Source: a virus
Lineage: Duplodnaviria > Caudoviricetes
IMG/VR virus record: IMGVR_UViG_3300011429_000087
Coordinates: 1 to 64,000 of that record
DNA length: 64,000 nt
Strand: one strand, 5' to 3'
The stretch's first letter is position 1; every line of letters starts with the position of its first letter. The notes under the pieces were generated by a model, which searched no databases, had not been told where the DNA came from, and was given only the letters and a program-made list of their open reading frames with translations. The translations under genes were made by a program, and so were the position numbers. This document shows, piece by piece, positions 27,397 to 37,503 of this stretch.

Positions 27397-28359
27397 ATGG
27401 CTCATGCGAAAACAGACCTTATAATGGATCTTTACTTAAATCAGAGGAAGCCGATTCTTGAGATCATTAAAGAACTCGGCGTAGCCGGAAAGACTGTAAG
27501 AAAAATCTTAGCTCTGAATGGTTATAAATGCAGAACTAGGAACGCTTCTCGGGAGAAGGGATTAACTAAAGAACAACTAATCGCTCTCAAAGCCGAGGGG
27601 CTATCAGTTAAAGAAATGTCCGTTAGGCTTGGAATATGTAATGGGTCCATTCATAATTATTTAGTTAAGTATGGACTTAATAATATGAGTCCTGCGGAAG
27701 CTAAAGCCGCAAAAGGCTTAACTATTCTGTGGACCGAGGAAAAATTGGCAGTCTGTAAAAAGTTATTAGAAGATGGTCTTACATATAAAGAGGCTGGAAC
27801 TGAATTAGGATGTACTGAATCGGCAGTAGATAATATTAATAGATCGAAACTTCATGTATTAGGATCTATATGGCAAGATGAATGTCTAACTAATCAAGTT
27901 AAAGAAACGCTTGAAAAGGAAAGAAATTACGCGACCACGGCCTTTAGATTTAATGTTTCAGAAGAAACGATTAGAATGAAAAACCAGCGTTCTTGGCATA
28001 TTGATCTTTCTATGAATTCTACGCTTTTTGGTATTCCGACCGATTTTAATGGCGTATTATATAGAAGTAAGAAAGAAGCAATTATTGCTCAGTATTTAAC
28101 TGAAAAATCTATAAACTTTGAATACGAAAAGAAGGTCGCTGAAGGCGAAAGGTGGACGTGTGACTTTTATCTTCCAGATTATGATATGTGGATCGAATAT
28201 GACGGTCTAGAAGAAAATAGGGATCAAACGAAAGCAATTCCTTATAATAGGGATAATCCTAAAATCCGACATTATCAGAGCAATGGCTACCGCCATATGA
28301 TACTTGGTAAACGTTCTTGGAAAGAGCAATTAGACAGATTCTTTAAAGATAACGACTAG
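27397..28359 (+). CDS. Multi-HTH + PD-(D/E)XK endonuclease (free-standing homing-type)
   Basis: Several HTH repeats; YRSKKE..IA.YL....FEYE, CDFYLP...WIEYDG; TCGTGTATA motif variant at 27352. Confidence 0.75.
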   Translation: MAHAKTDLIMDLYLNQRKPILEIIKELGVAGKTVRKILALNGYKCRTRNASREKGLTKEQLIALKAEGLSVKEMSVRLGICNGSIHNYLVKYGLNNMSPAEAKAAKGLTILWTEEKLAVCKKLLEDGLTYKEAGTELGCTESAVDNINRSKLHVLGSIWQDECLTNQVKETLEKERNYATTAFRFNVSEETIRMKNQRSWHIDLSMNSTLFGIPTDFNGVLYRSKKEAIIAQYLTEKSINFEYEKKVAEGERWTCDFYLPDYDMWIEYDGLEENRDQTKAIPYNRDNPKIRHYQSNGYRHMILGKRSWKEQLDRFFKDND

Positions 28360-28365
28360 TGTATT
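28357..28365 (+). promoter_or_regulatory. TAGTGTATT putative late promoter (overlaps stop)
   Basis: Exact motif. Confidence 0.65.
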
Positions 28366-28390
28366 TTATTCTTAACAATAGGAGCATTTC

Positions 28391-28588
28391 ATGATGACAT
28401 TAGCTACGGGAACAACTACTGTGGGCGGAACGCCGCACAAGTTAACAACAGTTATCCAAGATCCAGGGCATCCAGACGAACCGTGGACAATTGAAACAAC
28501 TCAGGAAGATGGAGAACTTCTAACTCTATTTATACAACGTCATATGCTTGCCGTACAAGCGGTCAGAAAGATATTAAAAGGTTCATAA
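28391..28588 (+). CDS. Small hypothetical protein (paralogue A)
   Basis: AGGAG RBS; DP.HP..PW.I.TT ... F..RH..AV.AV..L. Confidence 0.7.
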   Translation: MMTLATGTTTVGGTPHKLTTVIQDPGHPDEPWTIETTQEDGELLTLFIQRHMLAVQAVRKILKGS

Positions 28589-28598
28589 GGAGAACATT

Positions 28599-28787
28599 AT
28601 GCCAACAGCACCAGCATTAGACGCCACAAGCGGACAGACGCTTTCAACGAGCGTTCCAGATCCTAAGCATCCAGAATCTCCGTGGGTCATTACGACAACC
28701 CGTCTTGCAAAAGAGACGTTAGTTGCTTGGTTTAAAAGACATCAGGCGGCAGTTACAGCAGTACAACGCTTCCTAAAAGATGTCTAA
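28599..28787 (+). CDS. Small hypothetical protein (paralogue B)
   Basis: AAGGAG RBS; same motif as 28391. Confidence 0.7.
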   Translation: MPTAPALDATSGQTLSTSVPDPKHPESPWVITTTRLAKETLVAWFKRHQAAVTAVQRFLKDV

Positions 28788-29226
28788 ACTGACTATATAC
28801 ACCGATGGCTCTTGCCGGTGCAATACCGGCAAGGGCGGTTGGGGAGTAGTTATAATATTTGAGAATGGAAGCGTAGAAAAATTATCTGGATCAGAACTTT
28901 ATACGACGAATAATCGTATGGAACTGCTTGCTGCTATTAAAGCACTCGAACATATTCATAATTTGAATTCCAAATATGAAATGATATTTTATACAGATTC
29001 TACTTATCTTTCTAGGGGCATGACCGAGTGGACAAAAGGATGGAAAAAGAGACAGTGGAAAATGTGCAATGGTCAGGCCATGAAAAATGCCGATCTTTGG
29101 AAACGGCTAGACGCCCTCGCTACAGGCCATAAAATCAAGTGGAAGTGGGTTAGATCGCATAGCGGCAACAAATATAATGAAATGGCCGATGGCTTGGCAC
29201 AAGAGGCGTCTTTGCCATCTCAATAG
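28780..29226 (+). CDS. rnhA: Ribonuclease HI
   Basis: IYTDGS, TTNNRMEL, TDS.Y, KNADLW, WVRSHSG..YNEMAD.LA. Confidence 0.95.
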   Translation: MSKLTIYTDGSCRCNTGKGGWGVVIIFENGSVEKLSGSELYTTNNRMELLAAIKALEHIHNLNSKYEMIFYTDSTYLSRGMTEWTKGWKKRQWKMCNGQAMKNADLWKRLDALATGHKIKWKWVRSHSGNKYNEMADGLAQEASLPSQ

Positions 29227-29232
29227 TGTATT
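29224..29232 (+). promoter_or_regulatory. TAGTGTATT putative late promoter (overlaps stop)
   Basis: Exact motif. Confidence 0.65.
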
Positions 29233-29265
29233 TAATAATATTGCCAATTCTATTGGGAGGAACGC

Positions 29266-30141
29266 ATGTCTGGAGCCAGTAAAGTTTTAACGGTCGGGTC
29301 CGACCTTAATCAACTTGATATCTTTTTAAGTGCCAATGGCGTTGCAATCGACGCCAGCGGTGTCTCATTTAATGTTTATGATGCTAATAATAGTCTGGCC
29401 GCGTCCGGCGTCCCAACTCATCCAGAAACCGGCAAATATTTAGGAAGTGGCGTAATTCCAGATGGGTTTGTCCTTGGTATGTGGCATATAGACTGGGTAA
29501 TTATCCCCACGGGTGCCTTCCAATTTATTGCTTCAGAGGATTTCTCTGTACAAGCCTTGAGCGTCAGCTTTGGGTTTGCTCCTGCCACGGATCAGACATC
29601 TTCGATCTACGATGCTGTCAGAATCGACGTAGGTGATCCAGACGGCCTTATCTTTAATGATGGGTTCCTCCAGAGGGTATTAATAAAGGCCATTCGTAGG
29701 CTTAACCAAGCCCTTGGACTGGCTGTTAAAATGCACGGTCCAACTGGCATTGAAGGTCAATATGGTGGAAGACGTATTCGTGTTTATCCTCTAATAGTAG
29801 ATGTGGAAGCGGGAACTGTTACTCCGAATGATGATGAGTATACGGACCTTATTATTTTACAGATGGAGTATATTATAAAGACTAGTGAACTTTCTTCTTT
29901 AGCAAGACTCAATGCAACTACAACTTCTAGTGTCTTCTCAAGTGCAGTTAACAGTTCTACAAATGATGGTGTCACGGTTATTAATAGTGATGGCGTCGAG
30001 GTTAGTGTTAGCGTCGGAAGATTTCAAACTAGAGCTTCATTAATTAGACTCGATGTTGAATTATTACGAGACGAACTTAACGCCGCAATCAAAAGATTCC
30101 TATCAAGATTAAGTGGGACATTTGGTAAGATGATTTACTAA
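29266..30141 (+). CDS. Putative head-tail adaptor with N-terminal Ig-like domain
   Basis: Beta-rich N-terminus (TGKY..G.WHIDW); VR.D.GD helical adaptor-like part; position. Confidence 0.55.
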   Translation: MSGASKVLTVGSDLNQLDIFLSANGVAIDASGVSFNVYDANNSLAASGVPTHPETGKYLGSGVIPDGFVLGMWHIDWVIIPTGAFQFIASEDFSVQALSVSFGFAPATDQTSSIYDAVRIDVGDPDGLIFNDGFLQRVLIKAIRRLNQALGLAVKMHGPTGIEGQYGGRRIRVYPLIVDVEAGTVTPNDDEYTDLIILQMEYIIKTSELSSLARLNATTTSSVFSSAVNSSTNDGVTVINSDGVEVSVSVGRFQTRASLIRLDVELLRDELNAAIKRFLSRLSGTFGKMIY

Positions 30142-30710
30142 TGAATCATTCATGTAAGATATGTAATACAATTTTTACTGCAAATATTAGAGCATTATAT
30201 TGTTCTAGTAATTGTAGAACTAGAGCATATTATCGTAAACATAAAAATGAAGAAGAATTTAAAAAAAGAAATGCCGAATACGAACGACAGCACAGATTAC
30301 GAGATAGAGAAAATATCAATGCTCGTAGACGAGAACGATTTATTAATGATATTGAATATCGTAAAAGAATAAGATTATTAACAGGGATGTCTCGTAATCG
30401 TAAACCTCAAACAGAAAATAATCGTAATTGGTTGCGACGTAATCCAGCCAAAGCCATTATGAAAAATCTAAGAAATCGCGGCAAACGATTGGTGACAGAA
30501 GATGATATTAAATTTATCTTCGAAAGAGATAAAAATACTTGCGTTTATTGTGGAAATAAGGAAAAGTTAAGTATAGAACATAAATTGCCAGTTAAAAGAG
30601 GTGGTGACAGCTCTATAGATAACTTATGTATCGCCTGTATGGATTGTAATTCTAGAAAAGGCAAGAAAACCGTAGTAGAATATCTCCTTTATTTAAAGGA
30701 GCTACCCTAA
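30141..30710 (+). CDS. HNH endonuclease
   Basis: CVYCG..LSIEH..P..RGG....NL..AC..CN..KG. Confidence 0.9.
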   Translation: MNHSCKICNTIFTANIRALYCSSNCRTRAYYRKHKNEEEFKKRNAEYERQHRLRDRENINARRRERFINDIEYRKRIRLLTGMSRNRKPQTENNRNWLRRNPAKAIMKNLRNRGKRLVTEDDIKFIFERDKNTCVYCGNKEKLSIEHKLPVKRGGDSSIDNLCIACMDCNSRKGKKTVVEYLLYLKELP

Positions 30711-31294
30711 TGGCCCTAAGACCGTTTAGGCAAGTTGAAGACATAGATGAGGGTGAATTTCCAGTTTTAGCTACCTCAGAACGTGGTGGTATTTTATCAT
30801 TTGCTTCTGCGTCTGGTCTAACTTTTCTTGAGTATGCGAGAAATCCAAGTGGAGTTATTCCTTTAGGGATACAACTTAATGACGTTGAATGGCTCAATTA
30901 TGAATATCAACCATTTCCACATGCACGGGATGTACGTGTGCCATACGATATTCCAAAGGTTGCAACACAGGGGTTATTTGAAACGGACTGGCTCTATATA
31001 GTTGGTCCAATTTATGCCGGAATGCCAGCATATCTTGGTCCTTCTGGAACGATCACGAATCTATCTTCCTTCGGAAGTTATAAGGTCGGCAAGTTTATGG
31101 GTCCATTGATAGATGATCCTCATATGGTTGTTTTTGCTGGCCTAGGATTTTCTAGAACCTATCAAGAATATCAGACTCACAATATTGTAACTGAAAATAA
31201 TCCAAATGATCAAGTGCATGTCATCACGCCCGGATACGCTCGCGTGCGTATAGACCAAGGAACAATTCTAAGATCGCAAGCTGGAGTCAGCTAA
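30710..31294 (+). CDS. Decoration-protein paralogue
   Basis: Shares L.P.RQV..ERGGILSF..P.G..L.DVE.LN..AT.G.F.TD with 25725. Confidence 0.7.
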   Translation: MALRPFRQVEDIDEGEFPVLATSERGGILSFASASGLTFLEYARNPSGVIPLGIQLNDVEWLNYEYQPFPHARDVRVPYDIPKVATQGLFETDWLYIVGPIYAGMPAYLGPSGTITNLSSFGSYKVGKFMGPLIDDPHMVVFAGLGFSRTYQEYQTHNIVTENNPNDQVHVITPGYARVRIDQGTILRSQAGVS

Positions 31295-31830
31295 TGATCA
31301 TAATTACTCCCAACCCACATATTAGCATGAGTAGCGGCCTTATCAATATTGCTGCTTTAGATGCATTATATGCGTCCTTTATGGATGAAGCTCTTGAAGA
31401 CCTCGGACGCGAAGTAATAGTCCATTTGGAAGGCCAAAAACAATCAGATACTATAACTAATAGTCAGCCTCAAGCTTTACAATATAATCCATTCTTTGGA
31501 CGTACCATCTCTCCCAGTCCTAGCACAAAAGGCCCAGGAGTGAAATTTATATCGCGAGATACAACATATAAGGCACATATAAAAATCGGTCCAAAAACTG
31601 GTCCTGATAATAAGGGAGTAGGAAACCTAAAAGAGAATGAGGCGATGTTAACTGTGTACATTGAGGCGATGCCGCATTTTCAAACTGCCCGGTCCATGAG
31701 TATTGAGGGGCGTCGATATGCATTAATAGAAACCAGACCTATTGGTTTTACACAACGTAGATATGCGATATTAAAGATTGGCGAAATTCAAGAATCTGAC
31801 ATTAAAGAAGGTACAGGAAACAATGGATAA
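31294..31830 (+). CDS. Putative head-closure/neck protein
   Basis: Position and size in the neck module. Confidence 0.5.
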   Translation: MIIITPNPHISMSSGLINIAALDALYASFMDEALEDLGREVIVHLEGQKQSDTITNSQPQALQYNPFFGRTISPSPSTKGPGVKFISRDTTYKAHIKIGPKTGPDNKGVGNLKENEAMLTVYIEAMPHFQTARSMSIEGRRYALIETRPIGFTQRRYAILKIGEIQESDIKEGTGNNG

Positions 31831-31853
31831 CATGGTTGTAAGGAGATATTTAC

Positions 31854-32882
31854 GTGGGTCTTGAATATAAACAGAGATCGACACTAAAGTTGAACTACAA
31901 ACTTTTTCTTGATATGTCCTTCTTGCGAGAGGGTGGATTTTCTATTGTTACTAGCGGTCAAACATTTTATGACGGTGGAGTAACAAGTGCCTTAGTTCCA
32001 GATGAGCACGCTCACGAACTCTATACGGATATGCAAGTTGGTCAAGTATGGCAATCAGCATTTAGACAGTGGATTTATGAATCTGGTGTTCCAGTGGATG
32101 GTTCATTAATTAAAGCAAATCCACAGGTTGCCTCTGGCGTTTATGTTCAGGGGGCTTTTAGACGCCCAGACGATACAACATTTGCCCACAAGATAGATTT
32201 TATTAATGGGCGTGTTATCTTTGATCAGCCATTACCTTTAGATACACAGGTTCATGCCGATTTTACTTATCGGCATGTGCGTGTTGGATTCGAACATCAT
32301 TTTAATCAACAATTTGATGATGGCTATATTGAGAGCAAGTATGCTACTAATCCCGAAACGTCTATGCAACTTGTTTATCCATCTGGCACAAAACAGCCTT
32401 TTCCTGCGGTCTTCATAGAACTGGACGGACGGACACAAAAGCCATATGAAATAGGAAATAGATCACTTAAGATAACCGACGAAGTGAAATTACATATTTG
32501 GGCTTTAGATGATATTCAGAGAGATAATATTGTGGATATTTTAACCGCCCAGGAACGCAAGTCCATTCCTCTTATTAATTTTAATATTGCCCCACTTCCA
32601 TTATCTGGCATTTTTAATGAGATATCGCCAGAATATATTGCATACCAGGATCTTTTAAGAAATAATAGAATAGTAACTACCATAGGATCTGGCACACCTC
32701 TTAGATATATGTCTTATATTGATAAGACTGAAGTTCAGAATGAGGCACCCGTTCAGGAGTATGAAAGAGCATTGGTAACATTTCATGTAACCACATATCT
32801 TAATGCTCCGATTACCCCTCTTGGGACGATTTTTGCCCCGATCAGCAATATCCCGGTTCTTGGGGACCAAGTTTTTTCTTAG
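31854..32882 (+). CDS. Putative tail-terminator/neck protein
   Basis: FPAVFIE and LHIWA.D..QRD.I.DIL motifs; directly before the tail tube gene. Confidence 0.55.
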   Translation: MGLEYKQRSTLKLNYKLFLDMSFLREGGFSIVTSGQTFYDGGVTSALVPDEHAHELYTDMQVGQVWQSAFRQWIYESGVPVDGSLIKANPQVASGVYVQGAFRRPDDTTFAHKIDFINGRVIFDQPLPLDTQVHADFTYRHVRVGFEHHFNQQFDDGYIESKYATNPETSMQLVYPSGTKQPFPAVFIELDGRTQKPYEIGNRSLKITDEVKLHIWALDDIQRDNIVDILTAQERKSIPLINFNIAPLPLSGIFNEISPEYIAYQDLLRNNRIVTTIGSGTPLRYMSYIDKTEVQNEAPVQEYERALVTFHVTTYLNAPITPLGTIFAPISNIPVLGDQVFS

Positions 32883-32888
32883 TGTATT
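32880..32888 (+). promoter_or_regulatory. TAGTGTATT putative late promoter (overlaps stop)
   Basis: Exact motif upstream of the tail tube gene. Confidence 0.65.
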
Positions 32889-32960
32889 AAATTGAGGTAG
32901 GGATACCATAAACATCTCATATCCCTAATACGCTAGCGAATTAAAAGACAGGAGAATTAG

Positions 32961-34364
32961 ATGGTTAACAATCGTGTATTTTGGGCTATCGAACAGGTAG
33001 CCATTAAAGCTAATAGTATAGCGGCTACTGGTGAAGTTGCACCGGTTAATAGCCGTCACTTTATCACTGGCGGGCTAGCATCAGGCGTCAATGAAGTAGG
33101 CAACCGATGGGAAGTGCCGCGTGGCCTTCAATCCGCCGGTATGACCACAACCTTTAACCTCGAACAAGTCTTCCAGCTTGGTCAGGTAGAAATCTATGAA
33201 AATTCAGAACGTCAACCTGACATCGAAATGACCTTAAGCAAGGCAATCGACGGATCAAAGCCTCTATTTTTCATGGTAACTGATCCAAATCAAGCTAATG
33301 ATATCGTTGCTCGTACCCAGAGTTATAAAGTAGACGTTGCGATGGAAATTTACCCGGACTCACAGTTCCGAGCAACTGGCCGTCCGATCTCAATCGTTAC
33401 TGCATCTGGAATGGTTATTTCAAACATCTCCTACACGTTCCCAGTTGATGGTTTCGTTACAGAAGACGTAACTCTAGTCGGCAACGATAAGATTTGGGGT
33501 GCCTTAATTAATATCTCTGGTCAGTCTCTAGGTAATGGTGGTAATGAGCCACTAGTTAACTTCGGAAATGATCAGAATGGTGGCAATCCAAATGCTCCAG
33601 AAGGACTACCTTCGGGCGTATTCGGACACGACGGCACAACTTCCGCTCTTGTTGAGGGTGGAGCGTTCGAACTTGCCGGTGGATCAGATGTAAATGGTGT
33701 GATCATCGTAGGATCTGGTATCCAGCGAAGAGAAGAGGTAGAAATTCGCCGAAGCGTTCTTCCTCGCGACATTCCTGGCATTAAGCCATTTATTAGTTCT
33801 GGAATTAACGCGGCATTTGTCAACGGTGGATTCGGAGCACAGGGCCCAGGCACCGCTTCCGCATTCACTCAAACAATTGGTGACGCGAATACAGACTTTA
33901 TTCAGGAACACGTTCAGACGATTACGGTTTCAGTCGATCTTGGACGAGACGACATCTTCGAGCTTGGTTCAAAGCGACCATTCGCCAAGACTGTATCTTT
34001 CCCAATCGAAGTAACAGCTTCAGTTGAAGTTATCACGGCCCAGGGCGATCTAGTAGATGCAACTGCTGGTATCGACTGTGGACCAGATAATACCGTTGCA
34101 AATAACACAATGATTATTAGAACGTGCGACGGTCTGCAAGTAGACCTCGGAGACGGCATGAGACTTCAGGGCGTTGACGTTGGCGGTGGAGACGCTGGTG
34201 GTGACAACATGACAGTGACCTACAACTTCGTAGGATACAACGTGTTCAACGTCAGCCATGACTTCTTCCAGCCGAATCACAGAGTGGTCGTGTTCGAGAC
34301 AGGCAATAGCAGATTCAACGTTGGCGGTGAGTCATTCAAGAGAACTGACCTCGGAATCTTCTAA
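32961..34364 (+). CDS. Major tail tube protein (duplicated tube-like domains)
   Basis: Own promoter motif, AGGAGA RBS and terminator; QS.G.TT.FNLEQVFQLG and QT..VS.DL.R..IFELG repeats; high-expression codon usage. Confidence 0.7.
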   Translation: MVNNRVFWAIEQVAIKANSIAATGEVAPVNSRHFITGGLASGVNEVGNRWEVPRGLQSAGMTTTFNLEQVFQLGQVEIYENSERQPDIEMTLSKAIDGSKPLFFMVTDPNQANDIVARTQSYKVDVAMEIYPDSQFRATGRPISIVTASGMVISNISYTFPVDGFVTEDVTLVGNDKIWGALINISGQSLGNGGNEPLVNFGNDQNGGNPNAPEGLPSGVFGHDGTTSALVEGGAFELAGGSDVNGVIIVGSGIQRREEVEIRRSVLPRDIPGIKPFISSGINAAFVNGGFGAQGPGTASAFTQTIGDANTDFIQEHVQTITVSVDLGRDDIFELGSKRPFAKTVSFPIEVTASVEVITAQGDLVDATAGIDCGPDNTVANNTMIIRTCDGLQVDLGDGMRLQGVDVGGGDAGGDNMTVTYNFVGYNVFNVSHDFFQPNHRVVVFETGNSRFNVGGESFKRTDLGIF

Positions 34365-34396
34365 GAATTCATCGTCTGAACTATATGTTCAGATCC

Positions 34397-34427
34397 CCCG
34401 GGGGCCATTGGCCCCCGGGAAGTTTTT
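34397..34427 (+). terminator. Intrinsic terminator
   Basis: CCCGGGGGCC-att-GGCCCCCGGG followed by AAGTTTTT. Confidence 0.85.
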
Positions 34428-34442
34428 ATTTTGGTGCTAGGT

Positions 34443-35615
34443 ATGGAATTGGTACAGGATTTAATCAATCTTATTTTGTGGGACCGTCGTTTAGTTCTTT
34501 TGCCAGATGGCAAGATCGTTGTCATACTAAACCCCACAGTTGCGGACAGAAATATAGCCGCATTAGAAAAACGTCTCGTAATGCGACAAGCATTAGATAA
34601 TGATATTCCCACCCAGGAAAGAGCCTTAAAAGAAGCGAGGGAAAGTGAAAGCTGGACGGACGAAGACGATCTTATTTTAAAAGAGGCCGAGAAACATATT
34701 GCGTTTTTGGAATCTGAAAAGGATAGACATAAGCTTTTAACCAAGAAACATCGGCTAGATAAGCAGATAGAAGAAACACAAGAAAAATTAAAGCACGCAT
34801 TAGAAAAACAACAATATATTTATACACTGACCGCCGAATATATGGCAAATGAAGCCTTTATATTTGCCATGACTAAGCGTGTCGTTTTGCATGAAGATGG
34901 TACACCATTTTTTAATGACTATCAAACTATTAATAAGCTCAAAGATAATGATCCAGAATTAATGACTCTTCTCTTAAAAGAGGTTATTACAGAAGGTGGA
35001 TTGGCTCATTCAGAACTTAGAAAGATTGCTAGGTCGCTTGAATGGAGAATGTTGTGGACTCTTAATAGAGAAAATATACAGTCTCTTTTCAATACACCAA
35101 TAGCCAATCTTTCAATAAACCAGCGTATGCTTATTTATTGGAGCAGGGTTTATGATCTTGCTTATGAAAGTACCGAAAAGCCGGATGAAGATATTATACA
35201 AGACGACGAAAAGTTCGATATATGGCTACGGAATCGTAACAATGAAAAGAATGAATCTGAAATGGCTAAGAAAAAGAATATACCAGAACACCATGAACGC
35301 GGAGTTGTGTTAGATGGATATTATGTGGAAGAGTGTGTTTGTGGTGTAGCAGATATCAAAGTTAAGGGACATGGCGAACGCCCGCGACATGCAAAAAATT
35401 GCCTGTATGGAACATATCGTAGGTATACTAGAGCCGAGAAGGATAAGATCGCCGATGAAATCTACGCACGCAACTCTAAGAGAATTCGATTATTGCAGAC
35501 ACAAGAACAAACTACAGTTGCAAAGGTTGGCATGATAGATGAGAAGGATCTCAGAAATAAGAATTCAAGGATATTGCTTGGCTCTAAGCAAGAAATTCAT
35601 ACATTGAGGAAATAA
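34443..35615 (+). CDS. Putative tail assembly chaperone-like protein
   Basis: Charged helical protein between tube and tape measure genes. Confidence 0.5.
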   Translation: MELVQDLINLILWDRRLVLLPDGKIVVILNPTVADRNIAALEKRLVMRQALDNDIPTQERALKEARESESWTDEDDLILKEAEKHIAFLESEKDRHKLLTKKHRLDKQIEETQEKLKHALEKQQYIYTLTAEYMANEAFIFAMTKRVVLHEDGTPFFNDYQTINKLKDNDPELMTLLLKEVITEGGLAHSELRKIARSLEWRMLWTLNRENIQSLFNTPIANLSINQRMLIYWSRVYDLAYESTEKPDEDIIQDDEKFDIWLRNRNNEKNESEMAKKKNIPEHHERGVVLDGYYVEECVCGVADIKVKGHGERPRHAKNCLYGTYRRYTRAEKDKIADEIYARNSKRIRLLQTQEQTTVAKVGMIDEKDLRNKNSRILLGSKQEIHTLRK

Positions 35616-36181
35616 TGAGAAAAACATCAAAAGACGTTCTCACCGAGAGTTTGGAAAGACGCATGAAGCATATCATGGTGCAACTTTTGAATCAGTTTGA
35701 TGAGCGTTTTCCAGATTTAAGAGAAGATCAGCAGGGGCGATTATTTAAGTTTGATATCAAAAATCAGTTCAATGATGCTATTCGGGCGACCAGAGACGAA
35801 ATTAGAGATTATGATATTGAATATAGGCCAGTTAGATTTAATCCAGATAATACGCTCAGTGTAACGAAAGCCTTTATAGAAGGCATACAGACAATCACAT
35901 TTAATGACACCGAGCCGGGAATTAGAATATTGGCTAAAAATGAGCAACAAAATTATAGAATATTAGAAGCAATAAGAAGAGAACTTGACACGGGCATTAT
36001 TTATATTAATTCTACTGCTACATTAACTCTTGATATATATGGTCTTGATAGTTGTGTTAATTGTGCAATTCCTTTTATGGACTTATATAATTTGCTATCT
36101 GGAGTTAAAGAAGAGTATATTAGTTGGCGTAAAAAAGTCGTAGAACTTTACAATGGAGATAGGCATGGACAGAACATTTAG
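35615..36181 (+). CDS. Hypothetical protein
   Basis: TAATG-coupled 188-aa ORF. Confidence 0.7.
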   Translation: MRKTSKDVLTESLERRMKHIMVQLLNQFDERFPDLREDQQGRLFKFDIKNQFNDAIRATRDEIRDYDIEYRPVRFNPDNTLSVTKAFIEGIQTITFNDTEPGIRILAKNEQQNYRILEAIRRELDTGIIYINSTATLTLDIYGLDSCVNCAIPFMDLYNLLSGVKEEYISWRKKVVELYNGDRHGQNI

Positions 36182-36977
36182 AGCAATTGATCGGCACGGA
36201 GCCGAAATGGAATTTGAATTAATCGAGGCCACGGATATATTAATCCGTGAGGCAGATATGATCTATCGCAAAGCTTATAGTGAGGCCATTAAAGAAGGAA
36301 TTCTTCCTCGCGAGAAGATGAGGGAAATCTTCGATAAAAATGGCATCTGGACTAAGGACGATGATGACGATTTTAGACGTTTAGTCTCAGATATAACCTC
36401 TCTGTCGCTTTCTTTAGAGGAAGCCTCGAAGCGTAGCGATAATAATGAGTGTATTAAGATATCAGGGGAAATGGGTATTTTAAGAGTTAAAATGCTTAGA
36501 CTATTCAGTGTACAACAGGCTTCTTATATGCAATCTTGTGAGGGCTATGCTGAATTAACTAAGTTAGAATCTTTAATGGCTAGTTGTGTGATTATTAAGG
36601 CTACTAAACAGCGGTATTGGAAGAACTATAAAGATTATGTGATTGAGCGTGATCAGAATGCGACTTCCAATGTACCGGAAAAAGCAATGGAGTTCAATAA
36701 CTCTCTTTTAGAGAAAATGAGAGATGATACAATTAATGAATATCCAGAACAGAAGTGGCTTAAAACGCAACATGCCGAAATGGTAGAAAAAGCCAAACAG
36801 GATGCTCGGGAAACGTTGGTGCGTAGAATTAAGGAAGCAATAGATGGCGACAAGGTGGAAGGTGGATCTAGTGCGGGGACAATCGGGCCTGAAGGGGCCG
36901 ATAGCGGAAGCGTGGAAAAGAACGCTTCTCCGCCTGGAGCCGTTAATGTCGGGGCCGATACTGGAGGCTCTAATTAA
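36165..36977 (+). CDS. Putative tail assembly chaperone-like protein
   Basis: Helical; GI..R......WT..DD segment resembles 34443; position. Confidence 0.5.
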   Translation: MDRTFRAIDRHGAEMEFELIEATDILIREADMIYRKAYSEAIKEGILPREKMREIFDKNGIWTKDDDDDFRRLVSDITSLSLSLEEASKRSDNNECIKISGEMGILRVKMLRLFSVQQASYMQSCEGYAELTKLESLMASCVIIKATKQRYWKNYKDYVIERDQNATSNVPEKAMEFNNSLLEKMRDDTINEYPEQKWLKTQHAEMVEKAKQDARETLVRRIKEAIDGDKVEGGSSAGTIGPEGADSGSVEKNASPPGAVNVGADTGGSN

Positions 36978-37503
36978 CGGAGGCATGGGCCTTGAAGGTA
37001 TCGCCCAAACTCCGTTTTATCAGTTTATAACTAGTTCGGAGGGTTTAAGTGAATTAGGTGTAGAAGCCACGGAACCTCCAAAACTATTAAAGGCATACCG
37101 CGACACATTCCGAGTAGATGTTAGAGGCACGGCCCTTTCTTTCTATTTCGGCAACGTTTATAATCTCATTAGAGCTACGCCACATCCTGCTAGTGGAACG
37201 GGCCAACTTAAAATCGGATCGTGGCTACGGTGGGCTGTAGACGGCCAGAAGGTGAATGACAGAGGTTTCGTGCCACGCAACAGATTGCCAAAAGTTGATA
37301 AGCTGCGTAAACGAATCAGGTTAGGTGATCCATTAGGCGGTTTAATGTTACCAGCCAATAGATTTGGTTCAACTGGCAGATGGGAATTACCGATTGTTTT
37401 CAGAAACTATGCTGATGAGTGGTTCGTTAAAAATAAGGCACGATTAGAAGAATTAATTGTTAAATATATCGAGTTTATCTTTGCAAGTGAGCTAATGAAG
37501 TAA
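36844..37503 (+). CDS. Hypothetical tail-module protein
   Basis: AAGGAAG RBS; TAATG-coupled to the tape measure gene. Confidence 0.65.
   Translation: MATRWKVDLVRGQSGLKGPIAEAWKRTLLRLEPLMSGPILEALINGGMGLEGIAQTPFYQFITSSEGLSELGVEATEPPKLLKAYRDTFRVDVRGTALSFYFGNVYNLIRATPHPASGTGQLKIGSWLRWAVDGQKVNDRGFVPRNRLPKVDKLRKRIRLGDPLGGLMLPANRFGSTGRWELPIVFRNYADEWFVKNKARLEELIVKYIEFIFASELMK

Noticed and set aside
34443-37503. Programmed frameshift in the tail chaperones
   Set aside because: No convincing slippery heptamer identified by eye; each ORF has its own plausible start.
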